The position numbers were made by a program, and so were the translations under genes. Shown piece by piece: positions 38,297 to 54,941 of a stretch of 64,000 nt of DNA (its first letter is position 1; each line of letters begins with the position of its first letter). Source of the DNA: Zygnema circumcarinatum SAG 698-1b (lineage: Eukaryota; Plantae; Zygnematophyceae). The notes below the pieces were generated by a model, which worked only from the letters and a program-made list of their open reading frames with translations, ran no database searches and was not told the origin of the DNA. The stretch is from assembly GCA_037447605.1 (NCBI GenBank), contig CM074804.1, forward strand, positions 1,240,001-1,304,000, written 5' to 3'.

Positions 38297-38309
38297 AGCA
38301 GAAAGAACC

Positions 38310-40472
38310 ATGCACGATGGTGGGAGAGATCTGTTCGCTGAGCTGGACGCAGCCTCTGCGCGCCACGTGTTCTCTTATCTCAGCGCGCGCGACCTCTGTG
38401 CCGCCTCCATGGCCTGCAGGTGGCTCGATTTCCCTTTATCTTTCGTTTTTTCTTCTTTTTATTTGTTGTTTTTTTTTCCGGCGAATATCGTCTTGCCTTT
38501 TAAGATTTTTTTTTCTTAATTTCTTTTCTTCCCCCTTGCAAGTTCGGAAGCGCAGAAAGCAACTTTGGTTACTTGAAACATGGGCCCCTCCCCCCTCCCC
38601 CCCCTTTGTTCTCTTCACCCTTCCTTCCATGTAATGATTTTGCTTTACATCCTCTTTTAATTTCTAGTGGCCTTTTCCTTACTCTTGTTTTCTTTTTCAT
38701 GCTTTCTTTGCAGAGAATGGCGCTACCTCACCAATGAAGACGCCCTTTGGAGAGACCAGCTCTCCCTGAACCCTAATCCTCTCCTTCATCCCATGCAGAA
38801 ACTCATCCTCCACTCAACTTACAAGCCCCAGTTCTGCGAACAAAGCACGCCCAAAAAGACGTACGAAATTAGCGAAAATTGGAGAAAAGGACGAGCGATT
38901 TCCTCGCGGCTCCGCTCTTCCGGATGCGACAAATCTCCGGCCATTAAGATCGCGCCAGGTGGCACGCAGCTAGTGGTGGCATCTGGCAGCAGGGGAACAT
39001 GCCACGTGTTTGATGTCGCAACTGGTCGGCAGTTTGCGAATTTTGGACTCTCACAGTGCCAAGTAAAGTTATTCCCCACCCTCCTCTTTGTGAGCTGCTC
39101 CTACTCGCAAATATTTCCTTTGTTTCAAATTTGAAAAATCAATGTATGTGGGCCTTTTTTGGGTTCCTATTTTCCTTGGACTCCTGTTTTCTCTGCCTGA
39201 TTTTAACTCGACTTTTTTTTTCCCTTAAAAAAAAAATTCTTTAAAAAAATCTTTATCAAGCAGGAAGGGGAAGCCATGGACGGGCTGAGCACGTGCGCTG
39301 CAATTTCCGGCGACTGCACAACTGTTGCTTTTGGCGGATATGACGGACTTGCGCGAGTCTACGACGTGACACGTGGCAGCCTGAGAGCGGTCTTTGGGGG
39401 TGCCGGGAGTCTGGAAGCTTCCGTGAAGGCGCTGGCCCTCTCATGGGATGGTTCGACTCTGCTCGCCGGTCTCAGTAACGGACATGTGACGGGCGGCAAA
39501 CTGGCCACATGGAACGCCTCACCGACGGGCTATGAAGAAAACTCTGAAATCTCAAAAAGTGAAGATGTGGGGTTTTATAATTGGGGTTTTGTGAGAAGAG
39601 TGGGGCGCCACGTGGCCATGACATGTGTGCAGCCATGCATGTCGGAGACGGAGGAAGTTGGAGATGGGGATGGGCTACAAAGGCAATTTGTTGCAGGGAC
39701 ATCTGGAGGGCATGTGATGGTGTTGGATGGAGAAACAGGAAACCAAAAAGTCGGTCTAGTTGGGAGCTGCAGCTGTCCTGTTGCATGCCTCTGCATGCAC
39801 GACCAGAATAAAAGGGAGTCAAAGGGAGTGGGCGATTCTTGTACCCCATATACGCAAGATGGGGTTTGCAGGGGGTTATTGTATGGAAGCTATGAGCATG
39901 GGATTTTGGGGCATGGGCACCATAACTCGGTGTATGTGTGGGACATAGCGTCAGCTGCAAGAGTTGCTCTTCTCTATCCGGAAGGGAAGACTTTGAGGTG
40001 TACAGGGAGGGGTGGGAGAGCAGTGGGTGGGCTAGGAGGGGCCTATTGGGGTCTCCCTGTAAAATCCGTTTACGCCGACGGATTTAAGGTAGCGCTGACC
40101 GCAGGGAAAACCGTTACAGTGTTTGAGACGAGGACGTGGGAGGTGCTCTATGCGTTTCGGCTCTCACACTTTGAAGAGGAGGGAGGGAGGGAAAGAGAGG
40201 GGAGGGAGAGTGCTGAAGTGGGGAGGAAGGTGGAGGAGAGCAAAGGAATGGGAGCTGTGAAGGGTGGGAGAGAAGGAGGAGTGGCCGAAGAACCGGCTCC
40301 TCTTGGTATTTACTTTTCAGGGAGTCATTTGGGTCTTTCTTTAGTAGGAGGGGCTGTTGGGGTGCTGAACTTCGATGTTGGGGCGGCTGCTTATGGGTCC
40401 ATGGAGGTTCACTTCAACCGTCCGATTGTCGGTGGTCCTGAATCGACGAGGGGCAGAGATGCAAGATCATAA
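38310..40472 (+). CDS. F-box/WD40-repeat protein; exons ~38310-38419, 38714-39062, ~39263-40472
   Basis: N-terminal F-box (LFAELD...VFSYLSARDLCAASMACR-EWRYLTNEDALW), followed by WD-like repeats (HVFDV, GLARVYDV, VYVWDI, VTVFET). Confidence 0.8.
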
Positions 40473-41575
40473 ACAAAAATAAAAGAAAACGAAAGGAGAA
40501 GGATATGTTGTGGGGGAGAGCAGTATGTAAAGAAGACCGAAGAACTCGAAGAAGAAGAAGAAGAATATATGAAGAAGGATGAACATGTTTGAAGATGCAC
40601 ATGTCCGGGTTTCTCTGTACATATATTGTTGCATGGACGACATTGAAGCCTCGCTGTATACTTGTATAAGAGAAGAGTGTTCTGATAATGGACGGGTGGG
40701 TAGAGCATGAACTGACTGACTGACTTCCGTAGAATTCGTTCAAACAATTGCTTTTAGGGCTGTGTACATAAATGCGTGTCGCCATTTTGGGGTCATTGTC
40801 AGTGGGTGTGCGTACGTAGCTTGTGCAGTACATAGCCTCTCCAGTAAGCAAGTACTCGTTGTTGTTGTATACAAGTAGGACCCGAGTACTTTGAATACTG
40901 CGAGGGGTTGACAACAACTTTGTACAATTGGTCCAGCGTAACCGTGAGGGAATTGGCGCTATCATCCATGGCCGTCATGCGATGTTGCTGTTGTTCTCAT
41001 GCGCATGGTGCATGCCTGCGCACCATGGCATGTTGTTCATTTGCCCATGCCGTCCATGGTCGGGACTTGGGACAACAACAATCACTTGATACGGCGGTTC
41101 CATGCCCTCCATCGTTCTATCCCCGTTTTCCAACCACACAACGACACATGGCATACCGAACCGTACGAAAACACGTGTGAACGCCTTTCTCCCTCAGCAC
41201 CGTCGTTTTGTGCGTCATCGTATCAGGGTCATGACGTCACAACATTCTGCCGACACGCGGCGCGTGCGAAGAAGCTTCGCCGGGAAGCCTCCGCTCTCTC
41301 TCGTCTCTTTCCTCGGCCTCTCATGTACGCTGCTACTGCCCTCCCCCTATTCCCCCTCTCCCACTCTCTCGCTCTTGACCTCTCCCTCTTCCCTTCTCCC
41401 TCTCCCTCTCCCTCTCCCTCTCCCTCTCCCTCTCCCTCCCTCTCCTCTCCCTCTCCCTCTCCCTCTCCCTCTCCCTCTCCCTCTCCCTTTCCTTCTCTCT
41501 CTCACTTGACCTCTCCCTCTCCCTTTCCTTCTCTCTCTCACTTGACCTCTCCCTCTCCCTCTCCCTCTCGTCAGA

Positions 41576-44500
41576 ATGGTGGGGCCCGTCTGGGACACGT
41601 CAGAGGAGTGGGCGGCCGCGCAGGCCCTCCACGTGTCCATGGACCTCCTCGCCGCCGCCCGCCAGCACCTCCGCCTGCTGCGACGAGTCGACCGCTTTCC
41701 ATGTCTCAGTTCCGGCCTCGCAGTTAAACGGGCAGTCTACAGGTAGTCTCTTAATTTGCTTTACATTCTTCTGGTTCACATGAGGTTTATGTTGATGTTT
41801 TTTTTTAATATTTGGGGTTAACTCTTCCCAAGACTTCCCTTACTAATAATTCTTTTCAATTGTCCCTTTTTCCCTTCAATGTTGCAGATATGAAGAATGT
41901 TGGCTCCCACTAATTGCGGATTTACAAAAAAAAAACGAACTGCTTCCGGGGGGCTTCCCCCCATTTCCCCCTTTGGACGTGCACTGGGTCTGGCACTGCC
42001 ACCGCCTGAACCCCGTAAGTTTAAGCCCAAAAACCCAAAAAATACTCAAAACTTCACAGCCCCAAATATTCAGATTTGCAAATTTGAAAAAACCAAAAAC
42101 CAAAAAAATCAACAAATCCAATAATTTCCAAGGGCCTCTTGTCCTTCAGTTCCCACAAACAACCGCTTGAATTGAACGTGTTTTTTTGTCCGCTTCTGGC
42201 GACAGCTTCTCTATGGGAGGGACTGTTACGGAATCTATGATCAAGTTCTGGAATGCCTCTCCGTTGCGTTAGACGAAACGGAGGAGGCAGCAGCCATGGC
42301 TGCCACGTGTCAACTCTGGGAGCAGCGATACCCCTCCGAGCCTTTCCACCTGCCCTTGGAAGAGTATGAGGAGCCGACGGAGGTTTTGAAAAAAGAAGTG
42401 GAGGAAATTGTGGAAAAGGCGAGGTCGGATGAAACTCGGATAAAGATTAAGCACGATCTCGCTGCAAGAGTGCATTATCAGCACGACTTTGGGTTCAACG
42501 TAAGCTCTAACTCTAGCTTTACCTCTAACTCTAATTCTAACTCTATCTCTAAGTTTAACTCTAACTCTAATTCTAAGCCCAAATCTAACTTAGCTCTATG
42601 TTTGGCAAGTTTTAGGGTTTCAGGAATCTTAAGGTTCCCTCGCAACCGCTCCTTTTAACCACTTTTTGAGAATAAAGAAATGATAAAATTTTATTTTTTG
42701 CGTTTTTGCATCAGGTTGCGGAAGAGCACTATTTCGATGATCGCTTTCTCCGATCTGCCGTGGAGCGATACAAAGCTTTTCTTCACATCATGCGATGGGC
42801 CAATGGGGCCTTTTTTGTGGTCCCCACCTACGATGTAGACCTGATCTGGCACACACATCAGGTAGGGACACAACCGAACGGACAACAGAACAGAACAGGA
42901 CGAACAGAGAACGGAACGAAAGCACATAGGAAAGGAAGGCAGTGGGAGGGGGAAGGGGCTCAGTGCATTGAAACGTATTCTTAGCTCTATGATAAAGGTC
43001 TTGTGTGAGAGGGCGAGGGCTTGAGGCTTAGAGGGGCGTACTGCACTAGGAAGCGGAGAGAGGAGAGGAATCAGAGGAAGGAGGGAGAGAGGTGGGGGGA
43101 CGGAGAAGCGGAGGGAGGGAGGAGGGAAGAAGAGATAGAGAGAGAGAGAGAGAGAGCGGATAGTAGAGGAGAGACTTCTCGAATATGGGGCTTTCCCATA
43201 TGTGGCATTTCACCGGCTAGTTTGTATGATGCGAAGTTTTTCAATGTGGGTTTTCCTTCCTTGTGCATTCCTTCCTTCCTTCCTTCCCTCTCAACTTCCC
43301 TTCTTCCTCTCTTCCCTCCCTCCTTCCCTCCTTCCTTCCTTCCTTCCTTCCTTCCCTCCTCCCTCATCTTCCCTCCCTCCTTCCTTCCCTCCTTCCCTCC
43401 CTCCTTCCCTCCTTCCCTCCCTCCTTCCTTCCCTCCTTCCTCCCTTCCTTCCCTCCTACCTTCCTTCCTTTCATAATTCCTTCCCTCCCTCCTTCCTTCC
43501 CTCCCTCCTCCCTTGCAGCTGTCCCCCTCCGCGTACGCCCGCGACACCCTGTGCGCGTTGGGGCGAGTCGTGAACCACGAGGAGGAGAGCGACCGCGCGG
43601 AGGGGCGGCGGCTCGCGGAGGGGTTCAGGGCGACCGCGCGGCTGTGGGAGGGGCTCTATGGGACCAGTTACGTTAGGGCGGGCACGCTCTACCGCGGCAT
43701 GGAACCGTTGGGCAGCTGGGCCAAGCCGGAGGGGGGGGGGCTCTCAACTGCGGAGGAGCACATGGATCGCGGAGTAGCGTTAAAGCCGAGGCAGATATTG
43801 CAGGTGTGTCTGTGTTGCCTCAGTTGGAAAATTTGATTTATTTCCTTGTTTTGTTTTGATTTCTTATTGTGTGTGTGTGTGTGTGTATGTGTGTGTGTGT
43901 GTGTTTTTTTTTTTTTTTGGGGGGTTTGAACGAATTGGGTGTGTTGTTTTATTGACTTGAAAGGGAGGTTGGGTTTTTTTTGCTTTCCCTCGACGGCAGG
44001 TCCATATGGCAGTTCTCGGTGCGATAAAACTGCCCAAATTGAAGACTTTGTTGACTTCAAAGACTTTGTTGACTTTGAAGGTCGGAGCAATCGACAGGTG
44101 TCCCGTTCTGGCTCTGACGACGCGCCACGTGGCACCTTCACAGGCGGCGGATTTGAGAGCCGGGTGGAAGCTTCTATGTGAAGAAGCTTCCGTTGGACTG
44201 AAACTGAAACTAATTGCGCGAAGAAAGGGGATTTTTGACGGAACGGCGAGTTTAACGGAAATCGGGAACTTGGCGATTCCATGGAACGAGCTCTTGGAAT
44301 CGCCGTCCTTGAGTGTGAGCCGGCGGTTGGAGTCAAAGAAGAAGGTAAGGAAAAGTAAATTGTTAAAAAGTTATAATTTGGAAAAAAAGGAATTTGAGAG
44401 ACTGTAATGGAAAATTAATTCTGTTTCTTTCTCTTCTGTGAGGAGAGGATTTGTTCGCTATTCATCATTTAACTTTAACTATCTTATTGTATTTATTCCT

Positions 44501-44971
44501 CCTTTTTTTGGAGCAGATGGGACCCGATTTCCATGTGTTCGTTTCTGTTACGCCCCCCGTCCAAGGGCCGTACCTTCTCCAAATTTTGAGAGGGAACGGA
44601 AGTAAAAAAAATGGACGGGAAATATTTTCAGTCGTGGACCACTGCAATGAGCGGCAGCTCACTTTACGAAAAAGGTACGCTTACTCGGTTTTGATATATT
44701 TCTTAACCCTAGTTTTCAGTTTTAGTTTTTTAACTTTTTAAGTTTGATTTGCGAATGGAGGGCGGTTTTTTGCATTTTCTATTTGATATATAATGAAGAT
44801 TTGGGGCAGGGAATTATTAATTTTTTGACGTAATTTGTGTAATTTCTGAGCCATTTATTGCAGGGACATAGATGTGGAATCTGGGAAAGTGGAAGCTATC
44901 GAAATCTTGGATGCAAAGGAGGGGTCTGCGGAAGTGCTTGATGCTGACCACCAAGGTCAGTCCTGGAACAC

Positions 44972-45011
<40 letters not shown>

Positions 45012-45023
45012 CTCACTCTCTCT

Positions 45024-45069
<46 letters not shown>

Positions 45070-46980
45070 TACTCTCACTCTCCCCTCCCCCTCTCCCTTA
45101 CCCCTTCTCAATGTCCCTATCTCTCCCGCTCGCCATCCTTCTCTATTCATCCCCTTACCTCGCTCTCACTCCTCATTTCAGTCTGACCCTCTTCCTCTCC
45201 CTCTCCCCCCCCTACTTCTCCCTCCCTCCTCTTCCTCTCTCCATTCATTATTCAACGAAAAAATCTCCCTACGAACGTCTGCCCCATTACCACATCATTT
45301 CGTTCTCTTTCTTTCGTCTCATTTTTTATTCTAATTTCTCACCGATCCCTTTTTGCAGCTATCGCACGCATAGAGCTTTCGGAGGCTACGCCGACCTATC
45401 AGAGGTGGACAGCTGGCACCGGCTTGACTCTTGGCGTGACCAAAGTTGGCTCGAAGGGTGCCGAGTTTTGGCTCACAGCGGGCGAGAAAGGATCGGTTCG
45501 ACTCGAGAGAGGTCGAAAGCTTCAGTACGCGACTGAGAGAGAAAAGGAGGAGGGGGAGTTTGGGACAGTGGTGAGATATGTTTCGGCTGACCGGAAATGG
45601 CGGGCAACGGGAATTTTCAATTGGATGACGGGAACTGTGGAGGTGAGGGCTGGTGAATTTCGGCTTAAAAGTTTCAGAGACGGTGCTGGGAAGGGGGTTT
45701 GGGGGGGTGGGGGGAGGGAGCGAGAGAGAGAGAGAGGGAGATGGAGAGAGAGGGAGAGAAGGAGAGGGAGAGGGAGGGAGAGAGGGAGAGAAGGAGAGAG
45801 GGAGAGAAGGAGAGGGAGAGAGGGAGAGAAGGAGAGAGGGAGAGGGAGAGGGAGGAGGGAGAGGGAGAGGGAGAGGAGAGAGAGGGAGAGGAGAGGGAGA
45901 GGGAGAGAGAGGGAAAGGAGGGAGGGATAGGGAGGACAGAAGAGAGTGACGACAAGGAATGTCAGAATCAGAGAGAGAAAGAGAGGGAGAGAGGGAGAGA
46001 GGGAGAGAGGGAGAGGGAGAGGGAGAGGGAGAGAGGGAGAGAGGGAGAGAGGGAGAGAGGGAGAGAGGGAGAGAGGGAGAGAGGGAGAGAGAGAGGGAGA
46101 GAGGGAGAGAGGGAGAGAGGGAGAGAGGGAGAGAGGGAGAGAGGGAGAGAGGGAGAGGGAGAGAGGGAGAGAGGGAGAGAGGGAGAGAGGGAGAGAGGGA
46201 GAGAAGGAGAGAGGAAGAGAGGGAGAGAGGGAGAGAGGGAGAGAGGGAGAGAGGGAGAGAGGGAGAGAGGGAGAGAGGGAGAGAGGGAGAGAGGGAGAGA
46301 GGGAGAGAGGGAGAGAAGGAGAGAGGGAGAGAGGGAGAGAGGGAGAGAATGGGATAGTGCGCAACAGAGTTGGTTCTTTCTGCTTGCGTACTCCTTTCCT
46401 CCTTTCCTCCTTTCCTTTCCTAAATTTTGTAGTACTTCCTTCTCAACTTCAATATTACATAAGGTGATGTTTATATACGATGATGATGATGATGATGATG
46501 ATGATGTTGTGTGTGACATGTGATGTAGGTGCATCCCGGAGAGAGCGCGGTACTGATTCTGCTCCTTTGCGCCGCGATCAGAGCTTCGCTTCAGACCATG
46601 GCTCCCTCTGAGTTCAATTTTGAGGCCTCCCATTCACATGTGGACCGGTTCAACGGCGGGGATTGGGGTAAGGATTCCGTTTTTTTATCCTTTGTTTTTT
46701 TAACACTACTCTGTTGTCTGCTCTCTCTCTCTCTCCCTTCCCCCTCTCTCTCCTTCTCCCCCTCTCCCTCTGCCACTCTCCCCCTCTCTGTCTCTCTCTC
46801 TCGTCCTTTGTTTTCATTCGGTTGCATGGCGTACATGTTGGGCTTGTCCTTGTTTCCATGCACGCAGACGCTGTTGTCGTTCCGGGCGACCATGGATCGC
46901 ACGGAGGACATCAAAACGACGGAGTCGCGGATGTCGCCCATTGGTGGCTGCGAGGAGCAGCGGGAGGAACGGAACTGTGA
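41576..46980 (+). CDS. Glycine-rich domain-containing protein-like (GRDP/DUF1399), multi-exon; 3' exons less certain
   Basis: [80 protein letters not shown]. Confidence 0.85.
45977..46347. repeat. (GGGAGAGA)n 8-bp minisatellite, probably in a GRDP intron
   Basis: Roughly 45 near-perfect octamer units, preceded by a looser GA-rich tract from ~45715. Confidence 0.9.
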
Positions 46981-47679
46981 CGGAACCGATGGCATGTGCA
47001 TGCATGTACATCGCGGCACAGACAGCGAGGGACCTGTACATAGCCGTCACACCCCCCCCCCCCCTCCCCCCCCCGCCTGTAGGATCGAAATTGTAATTAG
47101 CTTGCTGTAAAATGCCATTTATAGTCCTTTGTATGCGCCAATAAAGGGCACATTGGAATGAAAGGATGCGTTCAACAAATGTGTGAACGGGGTGCCCCCT
47201 GTTCAGCGCTCCAACAAATCCTCATGCGCTCGTGCACACATTGGCCGCTCCAATGTCTCCTCCGCTTCTGTTCCAGACGAGAAAGAAACAACAGTCTTGA
47301 CTTCAGCAAAAACCCAATTGAGTATCACAAAAACAAAAGCAAAACAGTTAAATAAGAATTGTTTCTCATTCTGTTCCCCTCCCCAATTCTTTCCCTTCTC
47401 CTCGTGTCTCTCTGTACGCTCTCTTTATGTCCACTCCCTCTCTCCTTTCCTTTTCTCCTCTCCCCGCTCTCTCTCCCCTTTCCCGATTCCTCTGCCTTCC
47501 CTCCCTCCCTCTCTCTCCATCCTTCCCTTCCTGCCCCCCTCTCCTCCCCTGCCCTCCCCTCCCCCTTCCCTCCCCTCCCCTCCCCTCCCCTCTCCCTCCT
47601 CTTTCTCTAAAACCTACTGTGCTACCCCCTACTTCTAAGACCCTTTCCATTCCAACCCACTCCCCAGAACGGAACTTAC

Positions 47680-48237
47680 CACATGGAACGAGTGTCCGCA
47701 GGCGTCCAGTTTCCGGCACGCGTCACCGTCCTTGTACTCCGCGAGGCACACAATGCACTCGCTCTCCAAACTCAACGATTTCGCCACGTCATTATGAAGC
47801 TTGAGGCTCGTTGACTTCAGCAACCCCATATCCCTGTCCTTCCCTCCACCAGCCCCTCCCTTCTCTCCCTCCCCTCCCACCTCCCCTCCCTTCTCAACAG
47901 AAGACACCGATTTAAATGAGTACGTTTTTCCCACCCTCGCAATTGCATCCTCGTTCAACCCTCGGGCCGTTCCATGCGCTCCGTTCAGTTGCTGCCCCTC
48001 CACTCCCTCTGCCATCCCACCCTCTAGGGCGCCTCCACGTCTCACTCTCGAATGGAGCCACGTCCTCCAAGCCTTTACTAAAGTAAGGAGAAGGACAAGA
48101 AGAACGAGAACCCCGAGGACCCCGACAACCACACCGTTCATTTGCCTAAGGGAGGGGTAGTAAAACGTGGGGGGGGGAGACGAGGATGCTGGAGGAGGGT
48201 GGCTCGGCATGGGGAGAGGGGGGGGAGGGAGGGCCAT
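47680..48237 (-). CDS. ATL-like transmembrane RING-H2 E3 ligase, first exon; terminal RING exon not found
   Basis: TM segment (VVVGVLGVLVLLVLLLTLV), GLNEDAI (GLD-like motif), ECIVCLAEYKDGDACRKLDACGHSFHV, then a GTAAGT donor. Confidence 0.8.
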
Positions 48238-49357
48238 TGCGGGGAAGCGGAAGTGGGAGGGAGTGGGGAGAAGGGAGGGGGGACAGGGCGGATGTGGAGT
48301 AGCGGAAGTAGGGGCGAGGAGGGGAGAAGGAGGTGCTGGAAGGAGGAGAAGAGGCAAAGGAGAGAAAGGAGAAATATGGGGAGGGAGAGAGAGGGGTGAG
48401 AGACAGCAAACGAGTGAGAGAATGGGAGGTTGAAAACTGGGGGAGCAAGTGACTGTCTACAGTGGGAGACTCCGCTCCGCTCTCCGCTTCTACTTCCGCT
48501 TCCCCTTCCCCTTCCCCTCCCTCTCCCCGGCCCCGGCGAACCCATCCCCACCGAGCAAGCATGAGACTGTGCACCCCCAAGTTCCACAAATGCCTAGTGT
48601 CAAAGTCCCCTAGCGCTCCATGCCATGCCATGCCATCACATGTTGCGACTTGATACCCGCCGACATGGCTCGCTATAACGCTCAGTTCTCAGTACAGTAA
48701 CGATAGAACCCGAGAGCGTAGACAGGGGCCGTCCGATCCGCCATGGCCTCGGGATCTCCTTCGTCAAGTGCGTCGCGCCACGTGGCGATTCGCAATATGT
48801 CCACCGCTCGCTCCCCACCACGTGGCGGATTTCCACTCGTCGCGGAGGCAGCGGATGAGGGCTACCAATCGCACGCCCACTCTCGTCCGCGCTGTCCGTC
48901 CGTACACTGTAGGGCCAGCAAATATCCCGCAGTTGCGTACGCGGCTGCTCCAACATGGAACGGGACAGTAGAACGGGAAATGACGTCATGATACACCAGC
49001 TGTCAAAACCCCCTAAACCCCCCTAACTTCACCGTACGGCTTTTGTACAAATCTCCCGTCCGTACTGTCGGCCAGCCTCGGGCGCCACGTGGCGCCCGGT
49101 GGGCCCGCCGCGTTTCCAGCTCAGCGCCCGCATCGCGCGGGCCACGCCAAACCCGCGCAGCCTCTCCCGCGGAACCATCGCACGTGCGAGCGCGCCCGCA
49201 CGCAGCGCTCACGAGTATGCGCTTTCCCTCTCTCCCACTCTCCTGCTCGCCCTCCCTCCCTCCCGGACTACCCCTCCCTCCCCCTCTGCCTGCCTCCTGA
49301 TAGCCCCCTCCAGTCCCGTCTCCCTCCGCCTCCCTCCCTCCCTCCCTCCCTCCCGCC

Positions 49358-52964
<3,607 letters not shown>

Positions 52965-54203
52965 ATGTTACGGAGGTTGCATGGAACGGGGTCGACTTTA
53001 AGGGTGGGCTTGATCTCTGTCGTGTCAAACGAAGCTCGGAAGAAGCCCAAAACCTAGGTAGGACTATGTAGGCGTATATATTTGAATAGACAGCTGACTG
53101 AACTATTCCTATCCCGTTCCTCTTTTATTTTTTATAAGTGTTTTTTTACGTGTTCATATCGGAGATATATTCGTAGTTTGTTTCATAACGAAATTATGTA
53201 GAGTGCGAGGTCTGTCGGTCCATGTGTACATACATACATAGGACCCATGTTTTCGTAGCGGCGGAGGGTTGAAGGCGCTGTGCAGGAACACCGGTCATGT
53301 TAGTGTTCACGGGCGCAATACATGCATGGATCGTTTTCCTTCTTGGAAATGTTGTTCAACATTGTAAGACATTGTAAACACCAACATTCCTGTTCCCTGT
53401 TCCCTGTTCCGTGTTCCGTGCCGTGTTCCCTGCTCCCCTGTGCCGTGTTTTCGGCTCCCTGTTACGTTTTCTCAGTTCACTGTTGCCTGTTCTCTGTCTC
53501 GTGTTCCGTGTTATTTGTTCCGCGTGCCGTGCTCTCTGTTCCCTATAATCTAATCCGTGTACTCGTGGGGGAACGACAGGGACTTTGATCTCACGATCTC
53601 TGTATCCTGTTTGTTGTTCCGTGTTTTATGTGTCGTGTTCCCTGTTCCCTGTCCCGTGTTCGCCCTCAAATGAGTTCCAGTCAGGGGGCGGTGTCAAAGT
53701 TGCGTACCGCCGTATCGAAGGCGTCTCGTCTCGTATCGCCTCGTATCGTATCGTGTTTTAGAAGTCTGAGTTCCCAGCAGCGGCAGCATCGTACGGCCGC
53801 CGGCGAGGCATTCCGACGGCGGGAAGTATCGCCGGCGTCGGCGATATGTCCGATTAGTGGCCGCAAACGACAGCTTTCCGCCAAATCGACTGTTGCAAGG
53901 ACGGGATCTGTACGGCCACGCAAGGCGATTGATTCGCCACCTGTCGATTTCGAAGAATTCAATGTTGCATTGACTTTGGAGGCCTCGCTTAGGAGGGCGG
54001 GTCAGTCGTAGAAATCTCCAGTAGTACTGTAGTACTGAAGACAGTACAGTACTTCCAACCTTGTAATACCAAAACGAGTACTGCACTCTGACGACGTTTC
54101 AATATAGTCGCAAAAGAGTACAGTACTCGTAACAGAAAACTCTCAGTTCTACTGTAGAATAATCAGCCGTTCAAATTTGTCAAGTCTTACATTTGCCTCA
54201 TTA

Positions 54204-54941
54204 GGGCGGGTCAGACTTTGACCGGAGCGTACTAAATTCCTGAATTTAGTATACTAAAGGTACTAATATCGATTGAGAAATTCGGGTCGGAAACCGCTGC
54301 TCCGCCGAAGCTATCCGTACCTCTCCGTGATTTCCGGGAATACTAAAAGGCATACTAAACAGGCCCAAATTAAGCCGATTAAGCACGCCTGGAACCCCTG
54401 CATTTGCAAATTAAGCACTCCGCCGATGAGAAAACGTGCCACACCTTGTCGTCATGCGCGTCACGCATGTGCGAGCGCCTCTCCGCCGCCGCCCGGACGC
54501 CGCGACCCGCGGTGGTGACGCGCTTGGCGGCAAAACGGAGGGCGGCGGCAGCGGGAGCGCGGCGGTGCGAAAAAGGGGGGGTCAGACTTAGGTCGGAGGG
54601 ACGAAAGGCTCCTAAATTGCTCTGTTGAATTCGCGGCGCTCCAAAATTACCGAACCGGCGCTGAGCAGTAAATGCCCCCGCCGTACAATGTTTAATTCGC
54701 CCGACAGGCTTACTAAATTATTGATTTGGCCATGCTTTAAGTCTGACCCGCCCAACTTAGCGCGGAGCGTAGGAAATTCCCGAATTCAGTATACGAAAAG
54801 TCACTTTTTTTGTGTATGAATTCGGCTCGGGATCCGCGGCTCCGCCGAACTAGCCTTACCGAAATGCTTACCTAGCCAATGCGAAATACGCCCGGCAGGC
54901 GTACGAAATTGATTTGGCCATGATTAAAGTCGGACACGCCC
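54204..54941. mobile_element. MITE-like non-autonomous DNA element
   Basis: Imperfect TIRs GGGCGGGTCAGACTTT / AAAGTCGGACACGCCC (14 of 16 positions match), TA on both flanks, internal direct repeats, no transposase ORF. Confidence 0.65.

Noticed and set aside
53380-53680. TGTTCC/CGTGTTCC-rich stretch resembling an array
   Set aside because: Degenerate low-complexity repeat with no constant repeat/spacer periodicity. It is not a CRISPR array, and similar pentamer tracts occur at ~1850 and ~42870.
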